Positions 1-10,129 of a DNA stretch of 64,000 nt are shown piece by piece. Under the pieces are notes generated by a model that saw only the letters and a list, made by a program, of their open reading frames with translations, had not been told where the DNA came from and did not search any database. Made by a program: the position numbers and the translations under genes. The number at the start of each line of letters is the position of its first letter. The first letter of the stretch is position 1. The stretch lies in the NCBI GenBank assembly GCA_964483225.1, contig CAZABU010000001.1, positions 26,049 through 90,048 of the forward strand. The letters are read 5' to 3'. The stretch is from an uncultured Ruminococcus sp. (GTDB lineage Bacteria; Bacillota; Clostridia; Oscillospirales; CAG-272).

Positions 1-488
1 CGGAAGATGGTCCAGTTGATACCCTCCTCTGGAACCTTGACGGGTCTGATGTTGGCAAAGAGGTCGAGCGCCTTTCTCATTGCTACGTTAGCGGACTCGA
101 TGTTGGGCATTCCGTCGCCCTTCTGAGGCGTGGTGGTGGGGCCCTTCAAAATGATGTGGCAACTCTTGAGCTCTGCCATAACGTCGTCGGGAATAGCCTT
201 CATCTTCGCGATACGGTTCTCAATGGTAAGTCCCTCAATGTTGACGAACTCAACCTTGCCTGCGGCCTCCATATCCGAGAGAATGAATTTGAGAACGCGG
301 CCCGCCTCCTTGGAGATGATGGGTCCGATTCCGTCGCCGCCGCAGATACCGATACGAATGGTGGGCAGCGCCTTGTAGTCGGTGAAGTCACCCTGGGACT
401 TCATATCCTCTATGCGGGTGAGCTGACCCTCAAGAATTTTTCTGAATTTTTCGCATGCCAAATCGAGATTTTCTTTGTAGTTTTCCAT
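1..488 (-). CDS. icd: Isocitrate dehydrogenase (isocitrate/isopropylmalate dehydrogenase family), N-terminal ~162 codons; the 3' end lies outside the window
   Basis: Absent from the ORF track because it runs off the edge. My reverse-complement translation from the ATG at 488..486 reads MENYKENLDLACEKFRKILEGQLTRIEDMKSQGDFTDYKALPTIRIGICGGDGIGPIISKEAG... It contains the GGDGIGP motif of beta-decarboxylating dehydrogenases. It lies on the same strand downstream of aconitase and a citrate-synthase-like gene. Confidence 0.7.
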   Translation of the reverse strand, partial: MENYKENLDLACEKFRKILEGQLTRIEDMKSQGDFTDYKALPTIRIGICGGDGIGPIISKEAGRVLKFILSDMEAAGKVEFVNIEGLTIENRIAKMKAIPDDVMAELKSCHIILKGPTTTPQKGDGMPNIESANVAMRKALDLFANIRPVKVPEEGINWTIF

Positions 489-528
489 TGTGTTTTCCTT
501 TGTTTTGTAAAGTTTTATTTGCTTGATA

Positions 529-2382
529 TTAGGTTTTTAGGTTCACGGTGGCGATTCCGCTGTAATGAATAAAGCCTCGGTAACCCTTGTAGAGTCTGGG
601 CTCGTCCAGCTCCTCAACTCTGTCGGTCTTGCCGTCAAGATAATCGCCGATAAGCTCCATAGCCGTGTCGCATCTGCAGGCAACGCCGCCGTAACGCACG
701 TCCATATTCTGCCAGCCGAGGCTCTTGTTGGTGGAGTACCAGGTCCTCTTGTGGATGCTGTGCACCGCCACGGTTTTTTCCTTTAGCGCGGGCAGATGCT
801 CCTTGCAGAGAGCGGTGAGTGTGTCCTTATCTCCGGATTTATAGGTGGGAACGAGCCTCTCGGCAATGTAGCACTTTTCGGCAAGATAGTCAAAGACGCG
901 GTAGGCGTATTCGTAGAGATAGCCCCATCTGTCGCGCTCTGCCTTGCCCTTGAAGGTATCGGCGCACTCGGCATAGTGCTCGCTCATTGGATCGGCGAAC
1001 AAACGGGAGTCGTAGAGGCCGGAGAGAACGTCCTGCCAGAACAGCGCCTTGCCGGCGAATCTGCCGTGGAAGCTGCTGTAATTTTTCTTCTTCCTGAAGT
1101 CGTCGTGGTAGTAGCTCATCTTGTAGAAGAGGTCGTAGTCACCGCCGGTGCAGGCCTCAAAGCGAGCCTTGAATTTCTCCCCGTCGGCGTCCTTATCGTA
1201 GCAGCGCTCGGCGAAGTAGGAGAGGGGGAAGAGATTTGCGAACAGGTCGCACTCGGCGTTATCGTTGAACCAAAGGGTCAGCATAGCCTCGCGGACGTTG
1301 TTGTTACGGCAGGCGTTAAGCGAGAAGTCGCAGGCCTCTACCGTGTAGTTATGCTCGGGGAAATGACCTATCCAGGACCAGCTGCCGCCGGCGTAGATGA
1401 TATTTCTGCCGAGATCGTTGTGCTTTTTCAGCATAAAGTCGTCGCAGCCCGGGCCCTCGCCGTAATGCCAGAAAACAAGGTCGAGGTTCTTCGGGATGAG
1501 CTTCTTCGTAGACTCGGGAACGACGGTTTCTTCAAGATAATAGGAGTTGGTCGGGCTTTGTACTCTGAAATACATATCCGACCATATCATCGGTCGCAGG
1601 CCGTATTTGTCGGTGATGGCGATAAGCCGCTCCATATACTCGTTGAATATCTCAAAGGGCGGCACGTATCCGTGCTTGTCGAGAAATTTGCCGCGCCCCA
1701 TATCCCAGGCCTCGTCCATTCCCAGATGTATGCGCTTTGAGCGGAAGGCGGAGGATGCGGTGGCAATAAGCTGCTCCACGAACTCGAAGGTCTGCTCCTC
1801 TCTTGCGAGCATGACCTTGTCGGTATCCTTTATCTTTGCCGCCTCGCCCCATATGAGATATTTTTCCATATGGCCGTAGCACTCAAGGCATGGGATGACC
1901 TCAATGCCATATTCATATGCGTAGTCGTCGATCTCGCGCAGCTCGGCGACGTTGTATCTGCCTCGCATATAGCCAAAGTAGGGTCTGTCCTCAAGCTCGA
2001 TCACGTCCTCGGTATAGAGCATCATCATATTGTAGCCCATTACGGCGAGGTAGTCGAGGAGCTTCTTTACCGAGCTTACCGTAGGTACGGCACATCGGGA
2101 GGCGTCGACCATGGTGGAGAGAGTGGTGAAGAATCCGTCCTCGGAAACATCAAAGTCAGAGCCGGTCTTAGCCTTTTCCACAAGGGTACCGAGTCCGCGG
2201 AAGAACTGCACCTTGTCGCGGTAGTAGACGGTTGCCTTCCCGTTCTTGAGGCTTGCGCCGATGCGCTCACCCTTTTCTGCGCTGACAGAGATACCGCTCT
2301 CTGAGATTTCATAGCCGAGTATATCGGCAAGCCTGTCTATGCCGACCGAAAGCTCGGCGTCAACGTTGAAATTCAGCTTCAT
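529..2382 (-). CDS. Glycoside hydrolase family 20-like beta-N-acetylhexosaminidase (tandem paralog 1, 617 aa)
   Basis: 617-aa ORF with a TIM-barrel-like middle region and an H-x-G-x-D-E catalytic-type motif (RIHLGMDEAWDMG). AAAGAGGA SD 7 nt before the ATG. No signal peptide. Same length as the adjacent gene and clearly homologous to it. Confidence 0.6.
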   Translation of the reverse strand: MKLNFNVDAELSVGIDRLADILGYEISESGISVSAEKGERIGASLKNGKATVYYRDKVQFFRGLGTLVEKAKTGSDFDVSEDGFFTTLSTMVDASRCAVPTVSSVKKLLDYLAVMGYNMMMLYTEDVIELEDRPYFGYMRGRYNVAELREIDDYAYEYGIEVIPCLECYGHMEKYLIWGEAAKIKDTDKVMLAREEQTFEFVEQLIATASSAFRSKRIHLGMDEAWDMGRGKFLDKHGYVPPFEIFNEYMERLIAITDKYGLRPMIWSDMYFRVQSPTNSYYLEETVVPESTKKLIPKNLDLVFWHYGEGPGCDDFMLKKHNDLGRNIIYAGGSWSWIGHFPEHNYTVEACDFSLNACRNNNVREAMLTLWFNDNAECDLFANLFPLSYFAERCYDKDADGEKFKARFEACTGGDYDLFYKMSYYHDDFRKKKNYSSFHGRFAGKALFWQDVLSGLYDSRLFADPMSEHYAECADTFKGKAERDRWGYLYEYAYRVFDYLAEKCYIAERLVPTYKSGDKDTLTALCKEHLPALKEKTVAVHSIHKRTWYSTNKSLGWQNMDVRYGGVACRCDTAMELIGDYLDGKTDRVEELDEPRLYKGYRGFIHYSGIATVNLKT

Positions 2383-2403
2383 TAGTATGTCCTCTTTCGT
2401 TAT

Positions 2404-4257
2404 TTATCTGTAATTAACGGTAAATGCTCGCTGATAAGAAATGTATGCGTGATAGTGCAGAGGAAGTCGCTCGTCGCAGAGCTCCTCTATCTCGTCTATC
2501 CTGCCCTCGAGATAGTCCGAAAGCAGCTCACCGAGGGTCTCAAACCTCGACACCATGCCACCGTAGCGCACGTCCATATTCTGCCAACCCTGGGCCTTAC
2601 TGTTCTTAAACCATACCGCCTTGTGTGCTTTATGCATCTCGCGGCATTTTTCTATCATCAAAGGAACGTGTAACTCTGCAATCTCTCGCAGAAGCTCGCG
2701 GTCGTCGGCCTTATAAGCCGGAACGAGCCTCTCGGCAATAAAGGTCTTTTTCTCAAGATAGTCAAACACGCGGTAGGCGTAGTCGTAAAGATATCCCCAT
2801 TTTCCGCTGTGGTTGCCGGAGTAGACCTCCTTTGAGTGGGCGTAGTGCGCCGCTCTGGGGCTGTTCCAAAGTGCCCGCTCGTAAAGACCCACCAGGGGGT
2901 CCTGCCAGAACAGGGATTTTCCAAGGAAGCGGAAATCTCTGCGCTTGAATTCAGGACTGTTCTTGAAATCGGCGTGGTAGTAGCAGAGCTTGTAGAAGAG
3001 GTCATAGTCGCCTCCCGTGGTGGCCTCAAAGCGACGGCGAAGCTCTTCGTCTGTGGCCGACGGATTGTAGCACAGCTCTGCAAAGAAGGAGAGCGAGAGC
3101 AGATTTGAAAAGGTCTCGCACTCGGCGTTGTCGTTGCACCATACAGTCAGCATTGCGTCGCGCACGTTCTGCTCGCGGCAGGCCTCAAGCGACCTGCGGT
3201 TGCTGAGCATCATCAGATTATATTCGGGGAAGTGGCCTGCCCAGCTCCATGCGCCTGTTGCCATTATAACGTGACGGTCGAGAGCCTTGTGCTTTTTCAG
3301 CATAAAGTCGTCGCAGCTTGGGTCGGTGGTCTCGCCGTAGTGCCAGAAGACCATTTCCATATTTTTTGGGATGCGCTGCCTTGTGGTTTCGGGTATCTCC
3401 GTGTCGGGGGAGTAGTAATCATTGCCGTCGGCCGAGTGGACACGGAAATACATATCCGACCACATCATAGGCGTCAGGCCGTATTTGTTGATTATTTTGC
3501 TAAGCTCGTCCATATATTCGTTGAATATCTCGAAGGGCGGGACGTAGCCGTGCTTGTCGAGGAACTTGCCGCGGCCCATATCGTGGGCCTCGTCCATACC
3601 GATATGGACTCTGCGGGAGCGGAACAGCCCGGCCACAGTGCCGATGAGGCGGTCGAGAAATTCAAAGGTGGCGGGCTCTCTTGCCAGCATCACCGTCATG
3701 GTGTCCTTTATCTTTGCCGCCTCTGCCCAAATGAGATATCTTTCCATATGGGCGTAGCACTCGATGCAGGGAATGACCTCTATGCCGTATTCGTAGGCGT
3801 AGTCGTCGATCTCTCTTATCTGCTCGGCGGTATACCTGCCGCGCAGGTGGCCAAAGTAGGGGAGCTCCTTGATTTCTATGGTGTCCTCGGTGTAAAGCAT
3901 CATTGAGTTGTAGCCCATAACGGCCAGATAGTCGAGCAGCCGCTTTACGGTTTCGACTCGGGGAACGGAGCACCGCGAGGCGTCAAGCATATTGGAGATA
4001 AACTCGAAGTGGCCGGATTCGGTTATATCGAAGGCGCTGCTGCTTTTTGCCCTCTCAACGAGCAGGCCGAGCCCACGGAAGAACTGCACCTTGTCGCGGT
4101 AATATACGGTTGCTTTGCCGTCTGTAAGGCTGACGCCGATACGCTCGCCCTTTACCGCCGTTACGGTAATTCCGTCGCCGCGCTCATAGCCGATCAGGTC
4201 GGCAAGTCTGTCAATGCCCGTATCAAGAGCGGGGTCTACATTAAAATTCAGTTTCAT
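2404..4257 (-). CDS. Glycoside hydrolase family 20-like beta-N-acetylhexosaminidase (tandem paralog 2, 617 aa)
   Basis: 617-aa ORF colinear with 529..2382: same MKLNFNVD start, YYRDKVQFFRGLG, and VHIGMDEAHDMG. The gap to paralog 1 is 21 nt. Confidence 0.6.
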   Translation of the reverse strand: MKLNFNVDPALDTGIDRLADLIGYERGDGITVTAVKGERIGVSLTDGKATVYYRDKVQFFRGLGLLVERAKSSSAFDITESGHFEFISNMLDASRCSVPRVETVKRLLDYLAVMGYNSMMLYTEDTIEIKELPYFGHLRGRYTAEQIREIDDYAYEYGIEVIPCIECYAHMERYLIWAEAAKIKDTMTVMLAREPATFEFLDRLIGTVAGLFRSRRVHIGMDEAHDMGRGKFLDKHGYVPPFEIFNEYMDELSKIINKYGLTPMMWSDMYFRVHSADGNDYYSPDTEIPETTRQRIPKNMEMVFWHYGETTDPSCDDFMLKKHKALDRHVIMATGAWSWAGHFPEYNLMMLSNRRSLEACREQNVRDAMLTVWCNDNAECETFSNLLSLSFFAELCYNPSATDEELRRRFEATTGGDYDLFYKLCYYHADFKNSPEFKRRDFRFLGKSLFWQDPLVGLYERALWNSPRAAHYAHSKEVYSGNHSGKWGYLYDYAYRVFDYLEKKTFIAERLVPAYKADDRELLREIAELHVPLMIEKCREMHKAHKAVWFKNSKAQGWQNMDVRYGGMVSRFETLGELLSDYLEGRIDEIEELCDERLPLHYHAYISYQRAFTVNYR

Positions 4258-4299
4258 AAAACAAATTCTCCCGAAGCTTTTATAAAATATTTCAATAGA

Positions 4300-4328
4300 A
4301 TTATATCACGGGTGATTTCCCCGGTCAA
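4300..4328 (-). promoter_or_regulatory. Sigma-70-type promoter for the GH20 pair (TTGACC-17 nt-TGaTATAAT)
   Basis: On the minus strand, -35 TTGACC is at 4328..4323, the spacer is 17 nt, and the extended -10 TGaTATAAT ends at 4300. It sits about 40 nt upstream of the ATG at 4257. Confidence 0.55.
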
Positions 4329-4443
4329 TAACCTTAACGGAGAATTTTATTTTGCTCGCTCCCAAAGCGAATCGTCGGCGAGCATATCCGCCATTTTCTG
4401 TCCTTTCTGTCGGTAAGACCGCAAAATGCAAATGATTATTTAC

Positions 4444-6375
4444 TTATTTTTGGTTTTTGGTGTAATTAAGCGTGCCGCCGGCGAGAAGAATCTCTCTCTG
4501 CCTTGCGGTAAGAGTAAGCTTCAGTTTTATCTCCTTGCCGGTCTTTTCGTTGACGAGAGTGGCTGTGTCGGCACTCTTTACGGCCTCGAAAAGGCCGTCG
4601 ATACGAATAGGATCGCCCTCTGCGATAAGGTCGTAATCCGCCTCGTTTTCGAGAGTCATCGGGAGAATACCGAAGTTGATAAGGTTTGCAAGATGGATAC
4701 GGGCAAAGCTCTTGGCAATGACTGCCTTCACGCCGAGATACAGGGGCACAAGGGCCGCGTGCTCACGGGAGGAGCCCTGGCCGTAGTTGTGACCGCCGAG
4801 GATCACACCGCCGCCCATAGCCTTTGCCCGCTCGGGGAAGTCCTTGTCACATACGGTGAAGCAGAACTCCGAGAGCTTCGGCACGTTGGATCTGTAAGGC
4901 AGGATCTTTGCGCCTGCGGGCATAATGTGGTCGGTGGTGATGTTGTCGCCAACCTTGAGGATAAGCGAGCAGGAGAGATCCTTTGCGGGGGGGGCGCCCT
5001 TGGGAATGGGCTTAATGTTGGGGCCGCGCTCCACGGTGACGTTCTTTGCTTCCTCGGGGGTTGCGGGGAGCTCGATGAGATTGTCGTTGATGACGAACTG
5101 CTCGGGCATAGAGATCTTAGGAGCCGCGCCGAGGGTGGTGGGGTCGGTGAAGACGCCTGCAATAGCGGACGCAGCAGCCACCTCGGGAGATACCAGATAA
5201 ACGCTGGCATCGGCGGTGCCGGAGCGGGCAAGGAAGTTACGGTTGAAGGTACGGAGGGATACTCCTGCGGATTTCGGCGAGAAGCCCATACCTATGCAGG
5301 GGCCGCAGGCACACTCGAGGATTCTTGCACCTGCCGCGATGAGGTCGGCAAGGGCGCCGCACTGGGCGAGCATGGTATATACTTGCTTTGAGCCGGGAGA
5401 AATGGAAAGAGAAACGTCGGGGTGCACGGTCTTGCCCTTCAGCATAGCTGCAACGGTGAGCATATCCGAGAGTGAGGAGTTGGTGCAGGAGCCGATGCAT
5501 ACCTGGTCTATCTTCATGCCCAAAAGCTCGTTTACAGCCTTCACGTTGTCGGGGCTGTGTGGGCAGGCCGCAAGGGGCTTGAGTGCGCCGAGGTCGATAT
5601 CGTATTCCGCAAAATACTTGGCGTCTGCGTCGGGTGCAAGAGGTGTGAAGTCGGCCTCTCTGCCCTGGGCTTTAAGGAATGCGTGAGTCACCTCGTCCGA
5701 GGGGAAGATGGAGGAGGTGGCGCCAAGCTCCGCGCCCATATTGGTGATAGTGGCGCGCTGAGGAACCGAGAGAGTCTTCACGCCCTCGCCGGCGTACTCG
5801 ATAACGGCACCGACGCCGCCCTTGACGGAGAGGAGTCGAAGGACCTCGAGAATTATATCCTTTGCGCTGACGTAATCGGAAAGAACGCCCACAAGATTGA
5901 CCTTGATGACCTTGGGCATAGTGATGTAATAAGCACCGCCACCCATAGCTACTGCAACGTCAAGGCCGCCCGCTCCCATGCCCAGCATACCGATACCGCC
6001 CGCGGTGGGGGTGTGGCTGTCGGAGCCGATGAGAGTTCCGCCGGGCTTGCCGAAGCGTTCGAGATGCACCTGGTGGCAGATACCGTTTCCGGGACGGGAG
6101 AATCTTACGCCGTGCTTTTTCGCAACCGTCTGTATGTAACGGTGGTCGTCGGCGTTCTCAAAGCCGGACTGCAGGGTATTGTGGTCGATGTAGGCCACGG
6201 ACAGATCGGTCTTGACTCTGTCGATCTCCATAGCCTCGAGCTGCAGATAAGCCATAGTTCCCGTAGCGTCCTGGGTGAGGGTCTGGTCTATCCTTATTGC
6301 GACCTCGCTGCCGACTGTCATATCGCCGGAGACGAGATGGTTTTTGATTATCTTTTCAACGATTGTAAGTCCCAT
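4444..6375 (-). CDS. acn: Aconitate hydratase (aconitase), 643 aa
   Basis: Aconitase-family signatures are present: IGSDSHT, the Cys ligand region CIGSCTNSS, and ECACGPCIGMG. AAGGAG SD is embedded in the 3' end of the upstream GntR gene. Confidence 0.85.
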   Translation of the reverse strand: MGLTIVEKIIKNHLVSGDMTVGSEVAIRIDQTLTQDATGTMAYLQLEAMEIDRVKTDLSVAYIDHNTLQSGFENADDHRYIQTVAKKHGVRFSRPGNGICHQVHLERFGKPGGTLIGSDSHTPTAGGIGMLGMGAGGLDVAVAMGGGAYYITMPKVIKVNLVGVLSDYVSAKDIILEVLRLLSVKGGVGAVIEYAGEGVKTLSVPQRATITNMGAELGATSSIFPSDEVTHAFLKAQGREADFTPLAPDADAKYFAEYDIDLGALKPLAACPHSPDNVKAVNELLGMKIDQVCIGSCTNSSLSDMLTVAAMLKGKTVHPDVSLSISPGSKQVYTMLAQCGALADLIAAGARILECACGPCIGMGFSPKSAGVSLRTFNRNFLARSGTADASVYLVSPEVAAASAIAGVFTDPTTLGAAPKISMPEQFVINDNLIELPATPEEAKNVTVERGPNIKPIPKGAPPAKDLSCSLILKVGDNITTDHIMPAGAKILPYRSNVPKLSEFCFTVCDKDFPERAKAMGGGVILGGHNYGQGSSREHAALVPLYLGVKAVIAKSFARIHLANLINFGILPMTLENEADYDLIAEGDPIRIDGLFEAVKSADTATLVNEKTGKEIKLKLTLTARQREILLAGGTLNYTKNQK

Positions 6376-6381
6376 TTTTAT

Positions 6382-7056
6382 TTACTCCTTGGTATTTGCC
6401 GTGTTTTCTTCAGTGATTGATAGCAGGTTGGACAGCGCCGCCTCGACGTGCTCAACTGCCAGTCTCTCTGCTTCTGCCGCGTTGCCGTTGACGATAGCCT
6501 CAAGCATGGCGCGGTGCTCTCTTACCGACGGCTCGATACGGGTCGGAACGGTCAGCGAGAGCTTTCTGTATGCCTTTATGCTTCTGTGAAGGTCGGAGAG
6601 GATCTTCTTCAGATGCCTGATGCCAGATGCGTGATAGATCGTGCTGTGGAAGAGGGTGTCCATCTCCTTGATCTTATCGGTGTTGTTCTTTTGCAGATAA
6701 AATTCCGCAAGCTCTACCGACTCTGCAAGGGTGGCCTTGTCCTCCTCGCTGATGCGCTCGGCTGCCGCCGACGCGGCCAGTCCTTCAAGCCGCATTCTTA
6801 TCATATAAATGTCGATAAGATCCTTTTCGGTGACGCCGATAACTCTTGCGCCGCGGTTGGGAATAAGCTCCACCAGCCCCTCTTCGGCCAAGCGGTGTAT
6901 CGCTCCGCGCAGGGGGGTGCGGCTGATGCCGAGCTTTGCGGAAAGGGCGGTTTCAATGAGAAATTCTCCGGGGAGAATTGTACCCGCACATATTTCCTCT
7001 TCAAGAGCGAGATAGGCGGATTCCTCAAGAGATTTCACATTTTTGTCAACAATCAT
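6382..7056 (-). CDS. GntR/FadR-family transcriptional regulator (winged HTH + FCD-like domain), 224 aa
   Basis: N-terminal GntR-type wHTH (LGISRTPLRGAIHRLAEEGLVELIPNRGARV) followed by an all-helical C-terminal domain. Its ATG abuts the stop codon of the upstream gene. Confidence 0.8.
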   Translation of the reverse strand: MIVDKNVKSLEESAYLALEEEICAGTILPGEFLIETALSAKLGISRTPLRGAIHRLAEEGLVELIPNRGARVIGVTEKDLIDIYMIRMRLEGLAASAAAERISEEDKATLAESVELAEFYLQKNNTDKIKEMDTLFHSTIYHASGIRHLKKILSDLHRSIKAYRKLSLTVPTRIEPSVREHRAMLEAIVNGNAAEAERLAVEHVEAALSNLLSITEENTANTKE

Positions 7057-8436
7057 TTACATATTCACCTCTTTTACTCGAGGATAATAGAAGTTGATGA
7101 TCTGCTCCAGCTCGTCGTCGCCCATAACGGTGGTACGTCCGTCGGCGTAGAGGCGATCGATCTCCTCCTTGATCTTGATAACCAGGGGATCCTTCTTGGA
7201 AACCTGGCGGAACTCGGGAAGCTGATAGTGTTTGTTTATCCAATAAGCGATACCGGAGGTGCCGGAGGTGTTGGAGATTGCGACCTCGGCGGGGCGGCCC
7301 AGAATCTTCTCGGTGTCGAAGATATTGTATATCTCCGAGTCCTTCATAAGTCCGTCGGCGTGTACGCCCGCACGGGTGAGGTTGAAGGCGCTTCCGACGA
7401 AGGGGGTCATCGGGGGGATCTCATAGCCGATCTCGTGCTTGAAATATTCTGCGATCTCGGTAATCACCGTGGGCTCCATACCGTCAAAGCTGCCGCGCAG
7501 GGAGGCGTACTCTATAACCATAGCCTCAAGAGGAATGTTACCCGTGCGCTCGCCTATTCCGAGCAGAGAGCAGTTGACGCCGGAGCATCCGTAGAGCCAG
7601 GCGTTCACCGCGTTTGTAACTCCGTGGTAGAAGTCGTTGTGTCCGTGCCACTCGAGCATCTCGGGAGCAACGTCTGCGTAATGGCGCAGACCGTATACTA
7701 TGCCGGGCACGCTTCGGGGAAGGGCAACGCCGGGGTAGGAAACGCCGTAGCCCATAGTGTCGCACATTCTGATCTTGACAGGAATTCCCGCCTCCTCGGA
7801 GAGCTCGGTAAGCTCGTTGACGAAGGGAACGACGAAGCCGTAGAAGTCGGCTCTGGTTATATCCTCAAGGTGACATCTGGGGCGTATGCCTGCAGCAAAA
7901 GCCTCTTTAACGACGCCGAGATAATGGTCGAGTGCCTGACCTCGGGTCATTCCCAGCTTCTTAAAGATATGATAGTCGGAGCAGGATACCAGAATACCGG
8001 TTTCCTTAATACCGATATCGCGAGCCAGCAGGAAGTCCTCCTTTTTGGCTCTGATCCAGGTGGTGACCTCAGGGAACTCGTAGCCGAGCTCCAGACACTT
8101 CTCAACGGCATCTCTGTCCTTCTTCGTGTAGACGAAGAACTCGCTCTGACGGATTATACCGTTAGGGCCGCCGAGACGGTGGAGCATCTTATACATATCC
8201 ACGATCTGTGCCGCCGTATAGGGGGCTCTGGACTGCTGTCCGTCGCGGAAGGTGGTGTCGGTTATCCATATATCGTTGGGCATCGAGAGAGGCACACGTC
8301 TGTGGTTGAAGGCTACCTTCGGGATCTCGACGTAGGGGAAGATATCCCGGTAGAGATTAGGGTCCGGAACGTCCTGGAGCGAGTATTTGTACTGGGACTG
8401 CTCAAGCAGGTTTGTGTTTTTGTTCTTTTCAATCAT
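7057..8436 (-). CDS. Homocitrate synthase/isopropylmalate synthase-family enzyme, probably Re-face citrate synthase
   Basis: HMGL-like N-terminus (ITDTTFRDGQQS) and HxH metal site (EWHGHNDF). The link to aconitase and IDH fits the Re-citrate synthase known in Clostridia. I place the start at the ATG at 8436 (MIEKNKNT..., GAAAGGAAAA SD), because the track start at 8520 abuts the -10 box of the promoter. Confidence 0.65.
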   Translation of the reverse strand: MIEKNKNTNLLEQSQYKYSLQDVPDPNLYRDIFPYVEIPKVAFNHRRVPLSMPNDIWITDTTFRDGQQSRAPYTAAQIVDMYKMLHRLGGPNGIIRQSEFFVYTKKDRDAVEKCLELGYEFPEVTTWIRAKKEDFLLARDIGIKETGILVSCSDYHIFKKLGMTRGQALDHYLGVVKEAFAAGIRPRCHLEDITRADFYGFVVPFVNELTELSEEAGIPVKIRMCDTMGYGVSYPGVALPRSVPGIVYGLRHYADVAPEMLEWHGHNDFYHGVTNAVNAWLYGCSGVNCSLLGIGERTGNIPLEAMVIEYASLRGSFDGMEPTVITEIAEYFKHEIGYEIPPMTPFVGSAFNLTRAGVHADGLMKDSEIYNIFDTEKILGRPAEVAISNTSGTSGIAYWINKHYQLPEFRQVSKKDPLVIKIKEEIDRLYADGRTTVMGDDELEQIINFYYPRVKEVNM

Positions 8437-8520
8437 TTTTCTGTTTTCCTTTCGAGGGGGTGATGAAGCATACGGGGACCTTTTTGCGAATTTGTATGCT
8501 TGTATACAATTTATGCACAC

Positions 8521-8549
8521 ATTATACTATGGGTTATTGCTTTTGTCAA
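8521..8549 (-). promoter_or_regulatory. Consensus sigma-70 promoter of the citrate synthase-GntR-aconitase operon (TTGACA-17-TATAAT)
   Basis: On the minus strand, TTGACA is at 8549..8544, the spacer is exactly 17 nt, and TATAAT is at 8526..8521. Confidence 0.6.
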
Positions 8550-8607
8550 TAGTTTTTATAAAAAATTTTTATTAACAATTCTTTCCGATATAAGTAACTG
8601 TATAGAA

Positions 8608-8650
8608 AGATAAAAACCGACCCCGCAGAGCTTTGCTCCGGACGGGGTCG
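8608..8650 (-). terminator. Rho-independent terminator after the 490-aa gene
   Basis: An 8-bp GC-rich stem (CGACCCCG / CGGGGTCG at 8618..8625 and 8643..8650) is followed on the minus strand by GTTTTTAT. Confidence 0.6.
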
Positions 8651-8656
8651 ATGAGG

Positions 8657-10129
8657 TTAGTTTATAGGGTATGACTCGGATTCAAATACGTAAATATTGC
8701 CGTAGCTCCAGCGGAAGGAGGAGCCGCCGTGGCGGTCAAAGGTGATCCAGATATATTTGTGTCGGGAGCCGCAGGGCACGAGGATCATCGAGCCCCAGCC
8801 GCGGAATCCGCCGTCGGGGAAATCCACCTTCGGAGAGGCGGGCGCGGAAAAATCGTTCAAGGGGTAGATGTCGTAGACCGAGCTCTTATTAAAATCCGAG
8901 CCGCAGACGAAATATACTCCCTCCGGTGTCTTGACGAAGCTGGCGCCGGTCTTTTCGCCGCCGAGGGTCTTGTCCACGTAGGTGAAGCCGCCGTCGGGGC
9001 GGTCGGAGGTAAAGTGGAAATAGTGGTATTTACCGTCGAGATCGTGTCTGCAAACGGCAAAGTGCCACACTCCGTCCACGAGCATTATCTCGGGATCCTC
9101 ATCGCCTTCAAAGGCAAGGGGCGTTTCTATATCCGCTCCGGCGGGGGCAAGAGGCATAAGAGTTGCGTCGATAATGCTTATGCCGTATCGCGGATCGGAG
9201 AAGCCCTCGGAGTATGCAAGACGGTGCCCGTGAGCCAGCGACCATACCCACAGTCGCCAGGCGCCGGCGGTCCTGTCGTAGATCACTGTCGGCGCAACGT
9301 CTCCGTGGATATATCCGTCGTCGTAGGAATAGAACATAGCACCCTCAAGGCGCAGATCGAAGAGTGTAGGACACATAGATAGCACGACCTGATAGCGTAG
9401 CTTTTCGCAACGGGCGGAGGCGGTGAGGAAGATTCTGCCGCCTTCTATAAGCGGCTCGCCGGTTTCATATCTTATGGGGCGCAGATCTGCTTGGCTTATA
9501 CCGGCAGAGATAAAGGCCTCTGCACGGCTGAGCTCAAATTCGCCGCCCGCCGCGGAGCAGATGGAAAGGCAGGCCTTTGCCCGGTGAATAACCTCCTCGC
9601 TTCTGTAAAGCGAGAGGGTGGGGGCGTCGACGTCACATATCGGCGCATCGGTGCCGTCGGTACGGAGATAGGCGCTGACTCCGCCGGGACGGAAGGTCAC
9701 CGCAAGAGTACCGCAGGTGATCGGCTCTGTGGAGAAGCTGTGCTTTCCCTCCTCGGTAAGTACGGTAACTTGCTTGCCGTCAAAGGTTACCTCGCAGAGT
9801 GGGCCACCCGCGAGGGTAAGGGCGACGGATGCGCCGCAGAGCCTTGAAAACTCGATCTCATAGGTAGCAAAGGGGAAATGGGCGCATATGAGCCGCATGA
9901 CCGACTCTCCCGCCTTCAGTTTTACGCGGTAACTGCCTCCGCCAACGCGCTCGTCGGGCGCACCGACCCGTGACAGGACGGGGTATGGATCGCCGGGGAC
10001 CTCCGAGGTCCAGCCCTTGAAAAGCGACATTTCTCCTAAGGGGAGCTTTCTGTTTCTGTAAAGGTTTACCGAGCCGCGTCTGCTCCACTTGATCTGTGGC
10101 AGAGGCGGCATTTTTCTCTTATTCATCAT
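8657..10129 (-). CDS. Hypothetical protein, 490 aa; the C-terminal half may be a beta-propeller glycosidase-like fold
   Basis: Long ORF whose start overlaps the dus stop by about 8-11 nt. The C-terminal half is beta-rich, with an EGDEDPEIMLVDGVWHF segment reminiscent of GH43/GH130-type propellers. I recognise no diagnostic motif. Confidence 0.5.
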   Translation of the reverse strand: MMNKRKMPPLPQIKWSRRGSVNLYRNRKLPLGEMSLFKGWTSEVPGDPYPVLSRVGAPDERVGGGSYRVKLKAGESVMRLICAHFPFATYEIEFSRLCGASVALTLAGGPLCEVTFDGKQVTVLTEEGKHSFSTEPITCGTLAVTFRPGGVSAYLRTDGTDAPICDVDAPTLSLYRSEEVIHRAKACLSICSAAGGEFELSRAEAFISAGISQADLRPIRYETGEPLIEGGRIFLTASARCEKLRYQVVLSMCPTLFDLRLEGAMFYSYDDGYIHGDVAPTVIYDRTAGAWRLWVWSLAHGHRLAYSEGFSDPRYGISIIDATLMPLAPAGADIETPLAFEGDEDPEIMLVDGVWHFAVCRHDLDGKYHYFHFTSDRPDGGFTYVDKTLGGEKTGASFVKTPEGVYFVCGSDFNKSSVYDIYPLNDFSAPASPKVDFPDGGFRGWGSMILVPCGSRHKYIWITFDRHGGSSFRWSYGNIYVFESESYPIN